This document shows, in pieces, positions 8,213-17,560 of a stretch of DNA of 63,223 nucleotides. Both the position numbers and the translations under genes were made by a program. The stretch comes from Candidatus Parcubacteria bacterium. GTDB taxonomy: Bacteria; Patescibacteriota; Minisyncoccia; Phycocordibacterales; JAKAEA01. The notes under the pieces were generated by a model. It ran no database searches. It was not told where the DNA came from and was given only the letters and a program-made list of their open reading frames with translations. Numbering within the stretch: position 1 is the stretch's first letter; each line of letters begins with the position of its first letter. Location: NCBI GenBank assembly GCA_019661945.1, contig JAIFWI010000006.1, positions 1 to 63,223 on the forward strand. Reading direction: 5' to 3'.

Positions 8213-11200
8213 TTAGAGAGTATTATTACAATTACCGAAACCGGCTCGGACTTTATTGATGGCATCAATAGCGGTGTAGCCTGGTTTTTGGAGGCGTGCA
8301 TTAGCGATGAATGAATCAAATGATTGTTTGACGACATCTGGGTTTGGATGAGTGACCTTACACTCTCCCTCAACCTTGATGAGGTTTGTTGGAATTGAAG
8401 CTCCAGCTAAATCATTGTTTCTAAAGGTAACGTTACTCCAGGAATTTTTACCGGTTCTATCAGTACTGAGATTTTTGACAAGAAGCGGACGTGTCCAATC
8501 ATAGACAATGTTTCCGGAAACAATCATGTCATGAACACCAATAGCTTTTTCTTGGAATATGCCGTAGCCTGGTGCAAAGCTGAGCGCTGCTTGATCTTTA
8601 ATATCGACATTGTTGAAAGCAATAATGTTATTTGAGATTGTGGCGCTTAAAACATTGGCAATTTGTATGCCATATCCTCGCTGGCCATTTTCGGTCATAC
8701 TGCCGATATTTCTGGTGCCGATCATAACATTGCCTGATATTTTGCCAGTCACTCCACCAAGACTGATCGGGCCTTCACCATTGACCAAGCCGAAATCGAG
8801 ATGAATTGGATTGTTATAGAAGAAATTATTCTCGATCACTCCTCCAGAGCGCGCCTGAAGCCCATTATGCGCGGCATTAGCAAAAATATTATTTCGGACA
8901 ACGATATTTTTATTTTTGCCAGTGAGATAGACATTGTGGTCATGAACGGTGCCGCCTGAGCCATCAGCTTTTCGGCCGTTTTTGTCAAAAACGTTTCCCT
9001 CGATGAGGATACCATCAATGCCTGAAAAATATATACCATTCGGCGGATAGAGTTGTTTGTAATTTTCAACAATAACAGAATTGCGGACGGTTACATTTGG
9101 AATATAGCGCTGAAGTATTTCATCTGCATCTTCTTTTGTATGAATAGTAATGCCTTTTGAAAATTGTTCGATATAGCAGTCAATAACACTGATATATCCA
9201 GCATCGTTGCCAACGAGACCAACACCGGTTGAGCCGCTACCAAAAGGAGGTCGTTGAGTATCCTTAAGATGAACGCCAATAAGGGCAAAATATTTTGTGA
9301 CCTGATCAAGATAGACCGCGGTGCCGCCATTTATCTCTTCAATGATTGGCCGCTCACCCTCACCATATGCTCCAAGTACTAATGGTTTCTGAGCTGACTG
9401 ACCGCTTAACGGTTTATTATTTTCATCATAATTGTTAAAGGTAATCTTCCAGGTGTCGCCGCGCTTCAAGAGAATAAAGTTGTAGCCGCCCGTGTCAATT
9501 AATTTTTTAGCGGCCAGAAATGTTTTAACGGGCTCGGCTCGAGTGCCAGGATTGGTATCATCCCCTTCCGACCAAGAGACATGGATCACTTTACTAGTAC
9601 TGTCAGGAACATACGGAGAATTGCTGGTAGCTGGAGGATTATTTAGTGGAGGCAAAGGCTGAGATGGTGGCAGTGGAGTTGTAGTAATTGTTACTGACTT
9701 TACCTCACTTCCGCCTGCACCAGTACACGCTAAGGAATATGTTTGATTTGATGTTAACGGACCAACAGTTTGTGAACCTGATGTCGTCTTACTGCCTGAC
9801 CAGTTGCCACCTGCTGAACAACTAGTAGCGTTGGTGCTAGACCAGGTGATGCGAGCTGTTTGGCCTTTAGTAACACTTGCTGGAGCAGTCAGAGTTACTA
9901 CCGGTCGTGGAACTGTAACGGGCGGTTGAGTAACATTAGCATTTGTGACAGAGAAAGTAATAGTTGTCGGTGTACCGGCTATCATTCTGCCATTAACCTC
10001 TCTGCTTAATGTAGCAGTAAGTGTGTGTGTTCCATTGGTGAAAAATCCAGAAGGTAAGGAATTTAAATTTCCAGACGTATCACCTCCGAGAGAATAAGGG
10101 GCTGTTTCCTCTGTCCGATAATTGCTTTGGTTGTCATAGCCAAATTTAATATTAGAAAATCCAGATGAATTTGATACTTTTGCTTCAATATTTAGTTTTC
10201 GAGTCGTGAATTTTGAAAAATCAATAACTGCACCATTCCGTAATGGACTAAAGCCTGAAACTGCTGTATCAGTATCAGCATTCACTAAGATAAATGTAAT
10301 TGTGCCGGTAACTGGAGCCGGGGTAGGCGTAGCTGTAGGTCCGGGAGTAGCTATCGGTGGAGGAGTAGCTGTTGGTCTTGGAGTTGAGATTGGAGACTGA
10401 CTAGGTTGTGGTGATTGGGTTGAAATAGGAGCATTCTTGACTGAAAAGGTAATGACTTTAGGTGTTCCTGAGATCATCGAGCCATTAACATCTTTATGCG
10501 GTGTAACAGTCAGAGTATGTGTACCAGCAGTAAAAAATCCATCAGGCAATGGTACTAAATTGCCACTCACATCTCCGTACATTGAATATGGGTCAATAGC
10601 CTCGGTCCGATAATTATTCTGACCGTCATAGCCAAACTGAATATTTGATATACCATCCTGCGCATCAACAAAAGCTTGAATGGTAAGTTTCTTTGGTAAT
10701 GTCGCCAAATTTAATTCTGCTCCATCACGAAATGGATTAAATGTTGAAATCGGTGTATCAGTATCGGCATTGACCAAGGCAATATTTTCTACAGCAAAAC
10801 TATTGATAGTAAAGGCTGGACACTGAACCGTAATACTTTGGTTGCCTGATTGGACTTTAAGTGAGGCATTTTTTGAACCAGCGGTAATGTATTTCTTGGT
10901 GATTTGCCCTGATGAACCTGACAGCCCTTCTGAACCAGACCAGGTATATACCGGTGACTGAGTGGATCCAGCTGTTATCGTCGCTTTCCAGGTTACGGCA
11001 TCACCGACCTTTACTGGTGAAACAGGAGAAACGCTACAGCTTGCGGCAAGTGCAGTTTCATCAATGAGTTTAAGACGCAACGTCACTGTTGCACCAGCCG
11101 TACCCTTAAGACCTGTCAGCGGATATGGTTTTGCGGTAATAGTATGATCTCCAAGCGAAAGATTCCAGGCGTGAAAATCTGTGCCCGTATCTCCGGCGAA

Positions 11201-11575
11201 AGCAAAGGGCGCTGTGTTTTCGGTAATAAAACTTGGATTACCATCTAAACCGAAAATGACACTCTCTGTATTTAAAACATTAGCTCGAAGATTAAAATTC
11301 TTAGCTGGCAACAACGATCTGAGGTTGAGCGTAACGCTGCCTGTAAGATTTTCATAACCGACAATAGGAACATTGGTGTCGGCATTGATCAGCGCAAAAC
11401 TTGTTACAGATGCAGGGGAAGCTGTTGTAGACATAACCTGTGAAAGAAGTGAGGTCCGGCCGCCTGTCTCGGTATTAATAAACGGAATTGTAGATCCGAT
11501 AATTGCTATGCCGATAAGTGAAAGAACAGTTCCGATTATTTTTAAACGCATATATGAAAGTGTTATTAGGTACAC
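8213..11575 (-). CDS. Large secreted surface protein: three tandem ~150-aa beta-sandwich repeats, P/T-rich linkers, Ig-like modules and a C-terminal right-handed beta-helix
   Basis: 1120 aa with an N-terminal TM/signal. Three repeats start (F/I)(A/I)L(I/V)NADT(N/D)..; the last two then share motifs such as SNI(Q/K)FGYD..NYRTE and GTHTLT. PT-rich spacers. Tail carries NNIFANAAHNGLQARSGGVIENNFFYNN beta-helix-type repeats. Confidence 0.7.
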   Translation of the reverse strand: MYLITLSYMRLKIIGTVLSLIGIAIIGSTIPFINTETGGRTSLLSQVMSTTASPASVTSFALINADTNVPIVGYENLTGSVTLNLRSLLPAKNFNLRANVLNTESVIFGLDGNPSFITENTAPFAFAGDTGTDFHAWNLSLGDHTITAKPYPLTGLKGTAGATVTLRLKLIDETALAASCSVSPVSPVKVGDAVTWKATITAGSTQSPVYTWSGSEGLSGSSGQITKKYITAGSKNASLKVQSGNQSITVQCPAFTINSFAVENIALVNADTDTPISTFNPFRDGAELNLATLPKKLTIQAFVDAQDGISNIQFGYDGQNNYRTEAIDPYSMYGDVSGNLVPLPDGFFTAGTHTLTVTPHKDVNGSMISGTPKVITFSVKNAPISTQSPQPSQSPISTPRPTATPPPIATPGPTATPTPAPVTGTITFILVNADTDTAVSGFSPLRNGAVIDFSKFTTRKLNIEAKVSNSSGFSNIKFGYDNQSNYRTEETAPYSLGGDTSGNLNSLPSGFFTNGTHTLTATLSREVNGRMIAGTPTTITFSVTNANVTQPPVTVPRPVVTLTAPASVTKGQTARITWSSTNATSCSAGGNWSGSKTTSGSQTVGPLTSNQTYSLACTGAGGSEVKSVTITTTPLPPSQPLPPLNNPPATSNSPYVPDSTSKVIHVSWSEGDDTNPGTRAEPVKTFLAAKKLIDTGGYNFILLKRGDTWKITFNNYDENNKPLSGQSAQKPLVLGAYGEGERPIIEEINGGTAVYLDQVTKYFALIGVHLKDTQRPPFGSGSTGVGLVGNDAGYISVIDCYIEQFSKGITIHTKEDADEILQRYIPNVTVRNSVIVENYKQLYPPNGIYFSGIDGILIEGNVFDKNGRKADGSGGTVHDHNVYLTGKNKNIVVRNNIFANAAHNGLQARSGGVIENNFFYNNPIHLDFGLVNGEGPISLGGVTGKISGNVMIGTRNIGSMTENGQRGYGIQIANVLSATISNNIIAFNNVDIKDQAALSFAPGYGIFQEKAIGVHDMIVSGNIVYDWTRPLLVKNLSTDRTGKNSWSNVTFRNNDLAGASIPTNLIKVEGECKVTHPNPDVVKQSFDSFIANARLQKPGYTAIDAINKVRAGFGNCNNTL

Positions 11576-11633
11576 TCTATTATATATGGATATTGCCGGG
11601 CTTGCTATGAGGTGTTATTCACAGGCCTTTCCC

Positions 11634-12359
11634 TTATAAGGAAAGGATGAACATTTCTAAGCCACTGCCGAAGTCAATAATCCCTCGCCTAGCATCGTGA
11701 TAGAGAGATACAAGCTTTGAAGATGTGGTCTGAAGTTCAGTTTCCTGGAAATTCTTGAGAAATCCCTGGGATTTTTGGTATACAAAAGGATTGAGACCGG
11801 CATCTTTTGCATTTTTAGCTGATTTTGCTTGGAATAGTGCCTTAATCTGCCAAAAAAGGATACCATGGATCTCTTCATCAGAGATATTTTTGCGTTTAGC
11901 TTTGGTATAAAGGACCCATAATTGCTTTCTGTCACGCTTACCAAATGCGTCCGTGAGCGCAAAGATCTTGAAATCCCCGCCCCGCGAAGCCTCGGCGGAG
12001 TGGGGTTCGTCAAACTCCTGCACTTTCTCCGCATGCTTTTCAAACTTTTTTACTTCCCCTGCATTTAGTTCGCCCTCAAGTACAACAAAAATATTTTCTG
12101 ACTCGGCAATATCCTTAAGTCGCTCGAGTACAACAGGCTTGGCTTCTTTGTTTCTAAAAACATTATCAAGTTCAACAATTGTTTTCTGTGAAAATAATCC
12201 CATACCGCTTATATGTTCATCGAGACTCGATTCCGTAAATGTCTCATCAGTAATCCTGACATGTGATGCATCAGGCTTTTTCTTCACCAGGGAACCTACA
12301 AGTTCATGAAGCTTCGAGCGTGATTTTTCTGTATCCGAGCCGTAAAGAAGATAGATCAT
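11634..12359 (-). CDS. holA: DNA polymerase III delta subunit-like (HolA)
   Basis: 241 aa. MIYLLYGSDTEKSRSKLHELV is a typical delta-subunit start, and the gene sits directly downstream of polA. The assignment rests on pattern only. Confidence 0.55.
   Translation of the reverse strand: MIYLLYGSDTEKSRSKLHELVGSLVKKKPDASHVRITDETFTESSLDEHISGMGLFSQKTIVELDNVFRNKEAKPVVLERLKDIAESENIFVVLEGELNAGEVKKFEKHAEKVQEFDEPHSAEASRGGDFKIFALTDAFGKRDRKQLWVLYTKAKRKNISDEEIHGILFWQIKALFQAKSAKNAKDAGLNPFVYQKSQGFLKNFQETELQTTSSKLVSLYHDARRGIIDFGSGLEMFILSL
11975..12008 (-). repeat. GC-rich element inserted in frame in holA (encodes PHSAEASRGG)
   Basis: The reverse strand gaaccccactccgccgaggcttcgcggggcgggga matches the polA copy at 25/35 and the pcrA copy at 26/35 (hand alignment). 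Confidence 0.6.
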
Positions 12360-12362
12360 ATA

Positions 12363-14777
12363 TTATGAAGTTTCCATATCGCCCCAGGTTTGACCGACGG
12401 ATCTGTTTGAGACAATCGGCACGCCTTTCGCTTGCTCGGGAGTTAAGACGTCTTGCATAATGTTTTGAATTTCATCAAGAAGGCCGTCTACTAAACTGTC
12501 TTTGACTTCAAAGATGAGTTCGTCGTGAACCTGGAGAAGCATGTGCACATCTTTTTTTAGATTTTCCTTTTCGAGATAATCATTAATTCTAATCATGGCT
12601 ACTTTAATAACATCAGCCAATGTTCCTTGAATTGGCGCATTAATAGCCATGCGTTCTGCCTGGGCTTTAATGTGGGGCATATGAGATTTAATATCTTCAA
12701 AATATCTCTTGCGCCCAAAAATTGTTTCCGTGTATCCCCTTCTCTCAGTTTCAGCCTTAACATGATTGAGATAATCTGCGAGGCCGGTGAATGTAGAAAA
12801 ATATTCATTATAGAAAGTCTGAGCCTCTTCGCGCGTACCGCCCAAATTTTGTCTCAATGCATTCACTCCCATACCGTACAAAATACCGAAGTTAATAATT
12901 TTCGCTTTGCGACGCATTTCTTTATCAACTTTTTCGGCTGCCACTTTAAAAACCTGTGAAGCTACTTCGGTGTGAACATCGCGGCCGGATTTAAAAATCT
13001 CAACCAGCTTTTTGTCTTGAGACATAATAGCCGCTAAGCGTAATTCCATCTGAGAATAATCAAAGGCCACAAGCTTCGAACCTTTGTCTGCAATAAATGC
13101 TTTTCTAATTTTTCTACCCTGCTCGGTTTTAATCGGAATATTTTGAAGATTGGGATTGAGCGACGACATTCGGCCGGTGCTTGCCCCAACTTGAATAAAG
13201 GTTGTGTGCAGACGGCCATCTTTTTCAATAAGATTTGGAATGCTATCTATATATGTTGAGAGAAGCTTTTGCAATTCTCGATACTGTAAAATACAAGCGA
13301 TGATTGGGTGGAGATCACTCATCTTTTGTAATTCTGATTCGCGCGTTGACTGTGCGCCGCCCGCTGTCTTTTTCATTCCTTTGACCTTGAGACCCATTTT
13401 CACAAACAACACTTCTCCCAATTGTTTCGGCGAATTAATATTAAATTCCTCTCCTGCATGTTTCCAAATATCTTTTTGAATTTTTTCGAGCTTTTCATGA
13501 TATTCAGTACTCAATCGTTTTAGATGATCTGCATCAATTCTAATACCACGGGTATGCATTTCAGCCACAATCGGTATAAGCGGTCGTTCAATATCAAGAT
13601 AGACATGTTTTAGATTTCTTTTTTCGAGTTCAGCAAAAATAATTTCTTGGGCTCCAGAAAAAGAATCCGTCTTGGCAAAACGTAGAGCATCTTCAAGCTG
13701 TGGATTAGTAATACTTGAATCAACAACCGATAAGGCCACAAGAGTTTCCTGAAGTTTCACCGAATCTATAGATTCGGTGTCCCGAGGAGCTTCAGCGGAG
13801 TGGGACTCAGGATCATCGCCAAATGCATCGGTTAGTCCTAAAATTTCTTTAACTCTCACTTGAAGAGAACGGAAGCCAAGTTCTTGAAAAAGATTTTCAA
13901 CGTGTTTAATATCAATAGTATCTTTCCAATCTTTTTCTGGCAGTTTAAATTCAATTGGCGCATCTCGGCGAATAGTGGCCAGCATTTTTGAAAAGAGCGC
14001 TTCTTCCTCTCCTTCTTTCAAAAGACCAATAATACGCTCCGTTAAGCCGGCTTGTTGAAATTTTTTGGTACTCTTCTTTAATTCTTTATACATATTCTCA
14101 ATCGTACCGAATGTCTGAATGAGAATGGTGGCAGTTTTTTCGCCAATGCCTTTGATACCAATAATATTATCTGAAGGGTCACCGCGTAGTCCCTTAAAAT
14201 CTGGAATAAGTTCCGGTCCAAAGCCGTAGCGATCGATAACCGCTTTTTCATCATAAAGAATAGTGTCCTTAATTCCTTTCTTCAAAGTGTAAACCTGAAC
14301 TCTTTTATCATAAATGAGCTGCATCGTATCCATATCGCCTGAAGCAATAATCGTATCAACTGTTGTATCTTTCTTCATCATCTCAACAATGGTGCCGAGC
14401 ATATCATCAGCTTCAAAACCGGGTTTGTCATAGATCGGAATGGAAAAAGCTTCAAACACATCGCGAGAGCGAATCATTTGAGCAACTAAAGCTTCATCAG
14501 CTTTTTTTCGTCCTGCCTTATAGTCTTTATAAGCCTCGTGACGATAGGTGGCTTGTGGAAGATCATATGCCGCCACGACATAATTTGGTTTAAAATCCTC
14601 AATAATTTTCATGAGCATCGTCGCCAAGCCGTATAATCCTCCGGTCGGCTCACCTTTTGGTGACGCGAAATCAGGTAAAGCATGGTAGGCTCGATGCAAA
14701 ATAGCATGCGCGTCAAGAAGAATAAGTTTTTTATTCTTCTCTTTGCTTTTTGGAGTTTTTTCTTGTTTTTTTACCAT
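12363..14777 (-). CDS. polA: DNA polymerase I (5'-3' exonuclease plus polymerase domains)
   Basis: 804 aa. 5' nuclease start LILLDAHAILHRAYHALP. Polymerase motifs DYSQMELRLAA, RRKAKIINFGILYGM, QVHDELIFE. Confidence 0.95.
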   Translation of the reverse strand: MVKKQEKTPKSKEKNKKLILLDAHAILHRAYHALPDFASPKGEPTGGLYGLATMLMKIIEDFKPNYVVAAYDLPQATYRHEAYKDYKAGRKKADEALVAQMIRSRDVFEAFSIPIYDKPGFEADDMLGTIVEMMKKDTTVDTIIASGDMDTMQLIYDKRVQVYTLKKGIKDTILYDEKAVIDRYGFGPELIPDFKGLRGDPSDNIIGIKGIGEKTATILIQTFGTIENMYKELKKSTKKFQQAGLTERIIGLLKEGEEEALFSKMLATIRRDAPIEFKLPEKDWKDTIDIKHVENLFQELGFRSLQVRVKEILGLTDAFGDDPESHSAEAPRDTESIDSVKLQETLVALSVVDSSITNPQLEDALRFAKTDSFSGAQEIIFAELEKRNLKHVYLDIERPLIPIVAEMHTRGIRIDADHLKRLSTEYHEKLEKIQKDIWKHAGEEFNINSPKQLGEVLFVKMGLKVKGMKKTAGGAQSTRESELQKMSDLHPIIACILQYRELQKLLSTYIDSIPNLIEKDGRLHTTFIQVGASTGRMSSLNPNLQNIPIKTEQGRKIRKAFIADKGSKLVAFDYSQMELRLAAIMSQDKKLVEIFKSGRDVHTEVASQVFKVAAEKVDKEMRRKAKIINFGILYGMGVNALRQNLGGTREEAQTFYNEYFSTFTGLADYLNHVKAETERRGYTETIFGRKRYFEDIKSHMPHIKAQAERMAINAPIQGTLADVIKVAMIRINDYLEKENLKKDVHMLLQVHDELIFEVKDSLVDGLLDEIQNIMQDVLTPEQAKGVPIVSNRSVGQTWGDMETS
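13781..13808 (-). repeat. GC-rich element inserted in frame in the polA interdomain linker (encodes SHSAEAPRD)
   Basis: The reverse strand gagtcccactccgctgaagctcctcggga shares the CCCACTCCGC core with the holA copy. It is flanked by a perfect 22-nt palindrome, caccgaatctatagattcggtg, at 13758-13779. Confidence 0.6.
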
Positions 14778-15202
14778 TCAATTTCGCGAGTGTTCTCATC
14801 AACAAACGTAAAACTCACCTTCTTAATATCATGTGATAAAATTCCTGCAACTCTTTCAGGCCATTCAAGAAAAATAAGATTCTTGGTATTAAAGGTTGTG
14901 TCTTTCCAACCAAGTTTTAAAAGTTCATGACCATCCTTGAGACGATAGGCATCTATGTGAATAAACTGATCAAAGTTTTTATCTTTTAAGGGATATTTTT
15001 TTTCAATAACAAATGTTGGGCTAGTCACCGATCCTTCAATACCAAGTATCTTAGCAACAGCCTGAGTAAATGCCGTTTTTCCTGAGCCCAGTTCACCGAC
15101 AAGACCAACAATACATGCTCCATTTGATTTGGGCATAATTGTTTTCACAAAATTCTCTGCCAGCTCAGCTGTTTCAGCCAGACTTTTGGATATAAATTTC
15201 AT
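14771..15202 (-). CDS. tsaE: tRNA t6A37 biosynthesis protein TsaE
   Basis: 143 aa. P-loop GELGSGKTAFTQ and the HIDAYRL motif. Overlaps the polA start by 7 nt. Confidence 0.85.
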   Translation of the reverse strand: MKFISKSLAETAELAENFVKTIMPKSNGACIVGLVGELGSGKTAFTQAVAKILGIEGSVTSPTFVIEKKYPLKDKNFDQFIHIDAYRLKDGHELLKLGWKDTTFNTKNLIFLEWPERVAGILSHDIKKVSFTFVDENTREIEW

Positions 15203-15227
15203 AGGGGCATTCTACCATACATGGAAG

Positions 15228-15254
15228 GCCCCCCACGCGTTAGGCGTAGGGGGC
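15228..15254 (-). terminator. GC-rich hairpin downstream of the high-GC lipoprotein ORF
   Basis: Arms gccccccacgc / gcgtagggggc (11 bp, one mismatch) with a 5-nt loop. No clean U-tract follows, so terminator function is uncertain. Confidence 0.4.
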
Positions 15255-15271
15255 ACAATAGGTTGGAACAA

Positions 15272-15658
15272 TCACGGGTTCGGGCCGACAGATGGCATCA
15301 TGCCCCGGACCAGCTTGTTTTGGTACGGTGTCTGCATGAGCCCGAGCCCGGTCTGGCGCCTACTCGTCGAGTATGACCTGCTTTTGGCCAGCTGCGGTAC
15401 GGGCTGACGGTACGACCCAGCGTAGTCAGGGTACCGGTCATATGCCGGCAGTGGCCGCTCCTCGTAGCTTGAACGGTAGTAGCGCCTCCGGCGATACTGC
15501 GGCGGGTACGGATTGTCCGACCATCGGTAGAGGCTGCGCCGATCGGGGTCAAACCGCGGCGGACGGTCTTGGTAGTACGACGGATGCGGACAATAGCAGC
15601 CCGCCTGAACAAAGGCCAGAACGAGAAGTATGGGCACGAGACAAAACTTGGCGAACAT
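15272..15658 (-). CDS. Small R/Y/P-rich lipoprotein, compositionally foreign (high GC)
   Basis: The internal start gives MFAKFCLVPILLVLAFVQAGC with a lipobox-like AGC. RBS AGGAG lies 7 nt upstream. 36/60 G+C at 15421-15480, against flanks below 40%. Confidence 0.6.
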   Translation of the reverse strand: MFAKFCLVPILLVLAFVQAGCYCPHPSYYQDRPPRFDPDRRSLYRWSDNPYPPQYRRRRYYRSSYEERPLPAYDRYPDYAGSYRQPVPQLAKSRSYSTSRRQTGLGLMQTPYQNKLVRGMMPSVGPNP

Positions 15659-15702
15659 AGGGCATCTCCTACTCAAGAGTTTGTCGATCTTTTCCGGATC
15701 TA

Positions 15703-15731
15703 AATATATCATGCTTGTACACAAAAGTCAA
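15703..15731 (-). promoter_or_regulatory. Sigma70-like promoter for the high-GC lipoprotein ORF
   Basis: The reverse strand has TTGACT (15726-15731), a 17-nt spacer and TATATT (15703-15708). Confidence 0.45.
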
Positions 15732-15775
15732 TGGTCTGTTCCAGCTACAACATAAACCTGATACAATAACGGTAC

Positions 15776-17455
15776 ATGGTAGTCTTTAATGAAGAAAAAC
15801 AAGACGAAAAAGTTGAGGCCTTACATAAGGAAGAAGAAGAAAATCTAGCCCGGACACTCTCAAAAAAATACAACGTCAGTTATATTGACTTAACAACAGC
15901 TGCCATCAACAGCGATGGGTTGCGCTCAATAACTGAAGCTGAAGCTCGAGAAGCAAATCTGGCCGTCTTCGATATTGTTAATAAAAAACTTAAAGTTGCT
16001 GTCCTTGCTCCCAACAATGAGAAAACTATTAAGGCTCTCACCATTCTCAAAGATAAAGGCTACATTCCGACGGTGTATATGACATCGATTGAGAGCCTCA
16101 AAAAAGTTTGGGCCCGCTACAAAGATTTGTCATTTTCATTTGAAACCAGAAGCGGCGCTCTCGATGTCTCTAATGAAGAAATTACGGCATTTCTCAAGGA
16201 AGTTCATAGCTTAGAAGATATTAAGAAACTCATTGAAGTAATTCTCGTTCAAAAGAAGGGCTACAAAACTTCGCGCTTGCTCGAAATTGCTATTGCCGGA
16301 GCATTAGCCCTCAATGCTTCCGACGTCCACCTCGAGCCTCAGGAAAAAGATGTCCTGATGCGCTTTCGACTTGATGGAGTGTTAACCGAAATCGCTACAT
16401 TTGATAAAGAGACGTATAATCTTCTACTTTCGCGTATTAAACTTCTCTCTGGCATGAAATTAAATGTGAAGGGTGCACAGGACGGACGCTTCAGTATTGT
16501 GCTTGAATCTATGGAGATTGAAATCCGATCCTCTGCCCTGCCAAGTGCCTATGATGAATCTATCGTCATGCGTATTTTAAATCCCGATGCAATTTCTGTG
16601 CCGCTCGAAAGCATGGGTATTCATCCAAAACTATTAGATATATTGCTCCGGGAAATTAAAAAACCCGAAGGCATGATTTTAACAACTGGGCCAACGGGCT
16701 CTGGTAAGACTACAACGCTTTATGCATTTCTGAAAAAAGTATATTCAACGGAAACAAAAATTATTACCATTGAAAATCCAATTGAATATCACTTAAAAGG
16801 TATCGTTCAAACGCAGGTTAATGAAGATAAGCAATATACATTTCTTGAAGGATTGCGCTCAGCACTTCGACAAGATCCAGACATTATCATGGTTGGTGAA
16901 ATTCGTGACACAGAAACCGCTGAAACAGCTATCAACTCGGCTCTGACCGGTCACTTGGTATTCTCAACGCTTCACACCAATAATGCAGCAGGTACATTCC
17001 CTCGCCTCATTGATCTTGGTATTAATCCAAAAATTTTAACATCGGCCGTATCAGTATCGATGGCCCAGCGTTTGGTACGACAATTATGTCCGCATTGTCG
17101 AAATGAAATAGTTCTTGAAGGACACACCAAAGAGTTAGTGCACAAAATTCTTAACAGTATTAAAAATAAAGATGAGTACATTGATCATATGCCGACAAAA
17201 ATCTCTGAACCTAAGGGCTGTGATAAATGTAACTTTACTGGTTATAAAGGTCGCATTGGTATATTCGAAGCAATCTTACGAAGTGAAAGAATAGAAAAAG
17301 TTGTCCGAGAAAGCCCAAGTGACTATGAAATATGGAAAGCCGCGGAAGATCAAAATATTTTAAATATGCGTCAGGATGGCATTATCAAAGTTTTGAATAG
17401 TGTCACTTCCCTTTCTGAACTTGAGCGTGTGATTGATTTGGAAGCTGAGAGGTAA
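15776..17455 (+). CDS. pilB: Type IV pilus assembly ATPase PilB (GspE family)
   Basis: 559 aa. Walker A GPTGSGKTTTLYA, the Asp box, Walker B IIMVGEIRD, and a tetracysteine motif CPHC..CDKC. Confidence 0.9.
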   Translation: MVVFNEEKQDEKVEALHKEEEENLARTLSKKYNVSYIDLTTAAINSDGLRSITEAEAREANLAVFDIVNKKLKVAVLAPNNEKTIKALTILKDKGYIPTVYMTSIESLKKVWARYKDLSFSFETRSGALDVSNEEITAFLKEVHSLEDIKKLIEVILVQKKGYKTSRLLEIAIAGALALNASDVHLEPQEKDVLMRFRLDGVLTEIATFDKETYNLLLSRIKLLSGMKLNVKGAQDGRFSIVLESMEIEIRSSALPSAYDESIVMRILNPDAISVPLESMGIHPKLLDILLREIKKPEGMILTTGPTGSGKTTTLYAFLKKVYSTETKIITIENPIEYHLKGIVQTQVNEDKQYTFLEGLRSALRQDPDIIMVGEIRDTETAETAINSALTGHLVFSTLHTNNAAGTFPRLIDLGINPKILTSAVSVSMAQRLVRQLCPHCRNEIVLEGHTKELVHKILNSIKNKDEYIDHMPTKISEPKGCDKCNFTGYKGRIGIFEAILRSERIEKVVRESPSDYEIWKAAEDQNILNMRQDGIIKVLNSVTSLSELERVIDLEAER

Positions 17456-17560
17456 AAGCAATATAAAACAAAAGTCGGCCCTGTTGAAGTTGCCCTGTTT
17501 CAGAAAAGGCGTAGTATGAGCGACAGGCCGCCTTCGAAAACTTCGGCGAGCCAAAGAAAA

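Noticed and set aside
11657-12309. 128-aa (minus) and 118-aa (plus) ORFs overlapping holA
   Set aside because: Their Ser/Arg-rich sequences are implausible, and they are fully nested within a better ORF that continues the polA operon.
15298-15660. Alternative-frame ORFs (104 aa minus strand, 95 aa plus strand) inside high-GC insert A; likewise 18964..19398, 19029..19328, 58738..59040 and 58820..59176 in the other inserts
   Set aside because: These are stop-poor GC-rich sequence artefacts. None has an RBS or start context as good as the chosen frames, and their sequences are Arg/Gly/Ala-rich low complexity.
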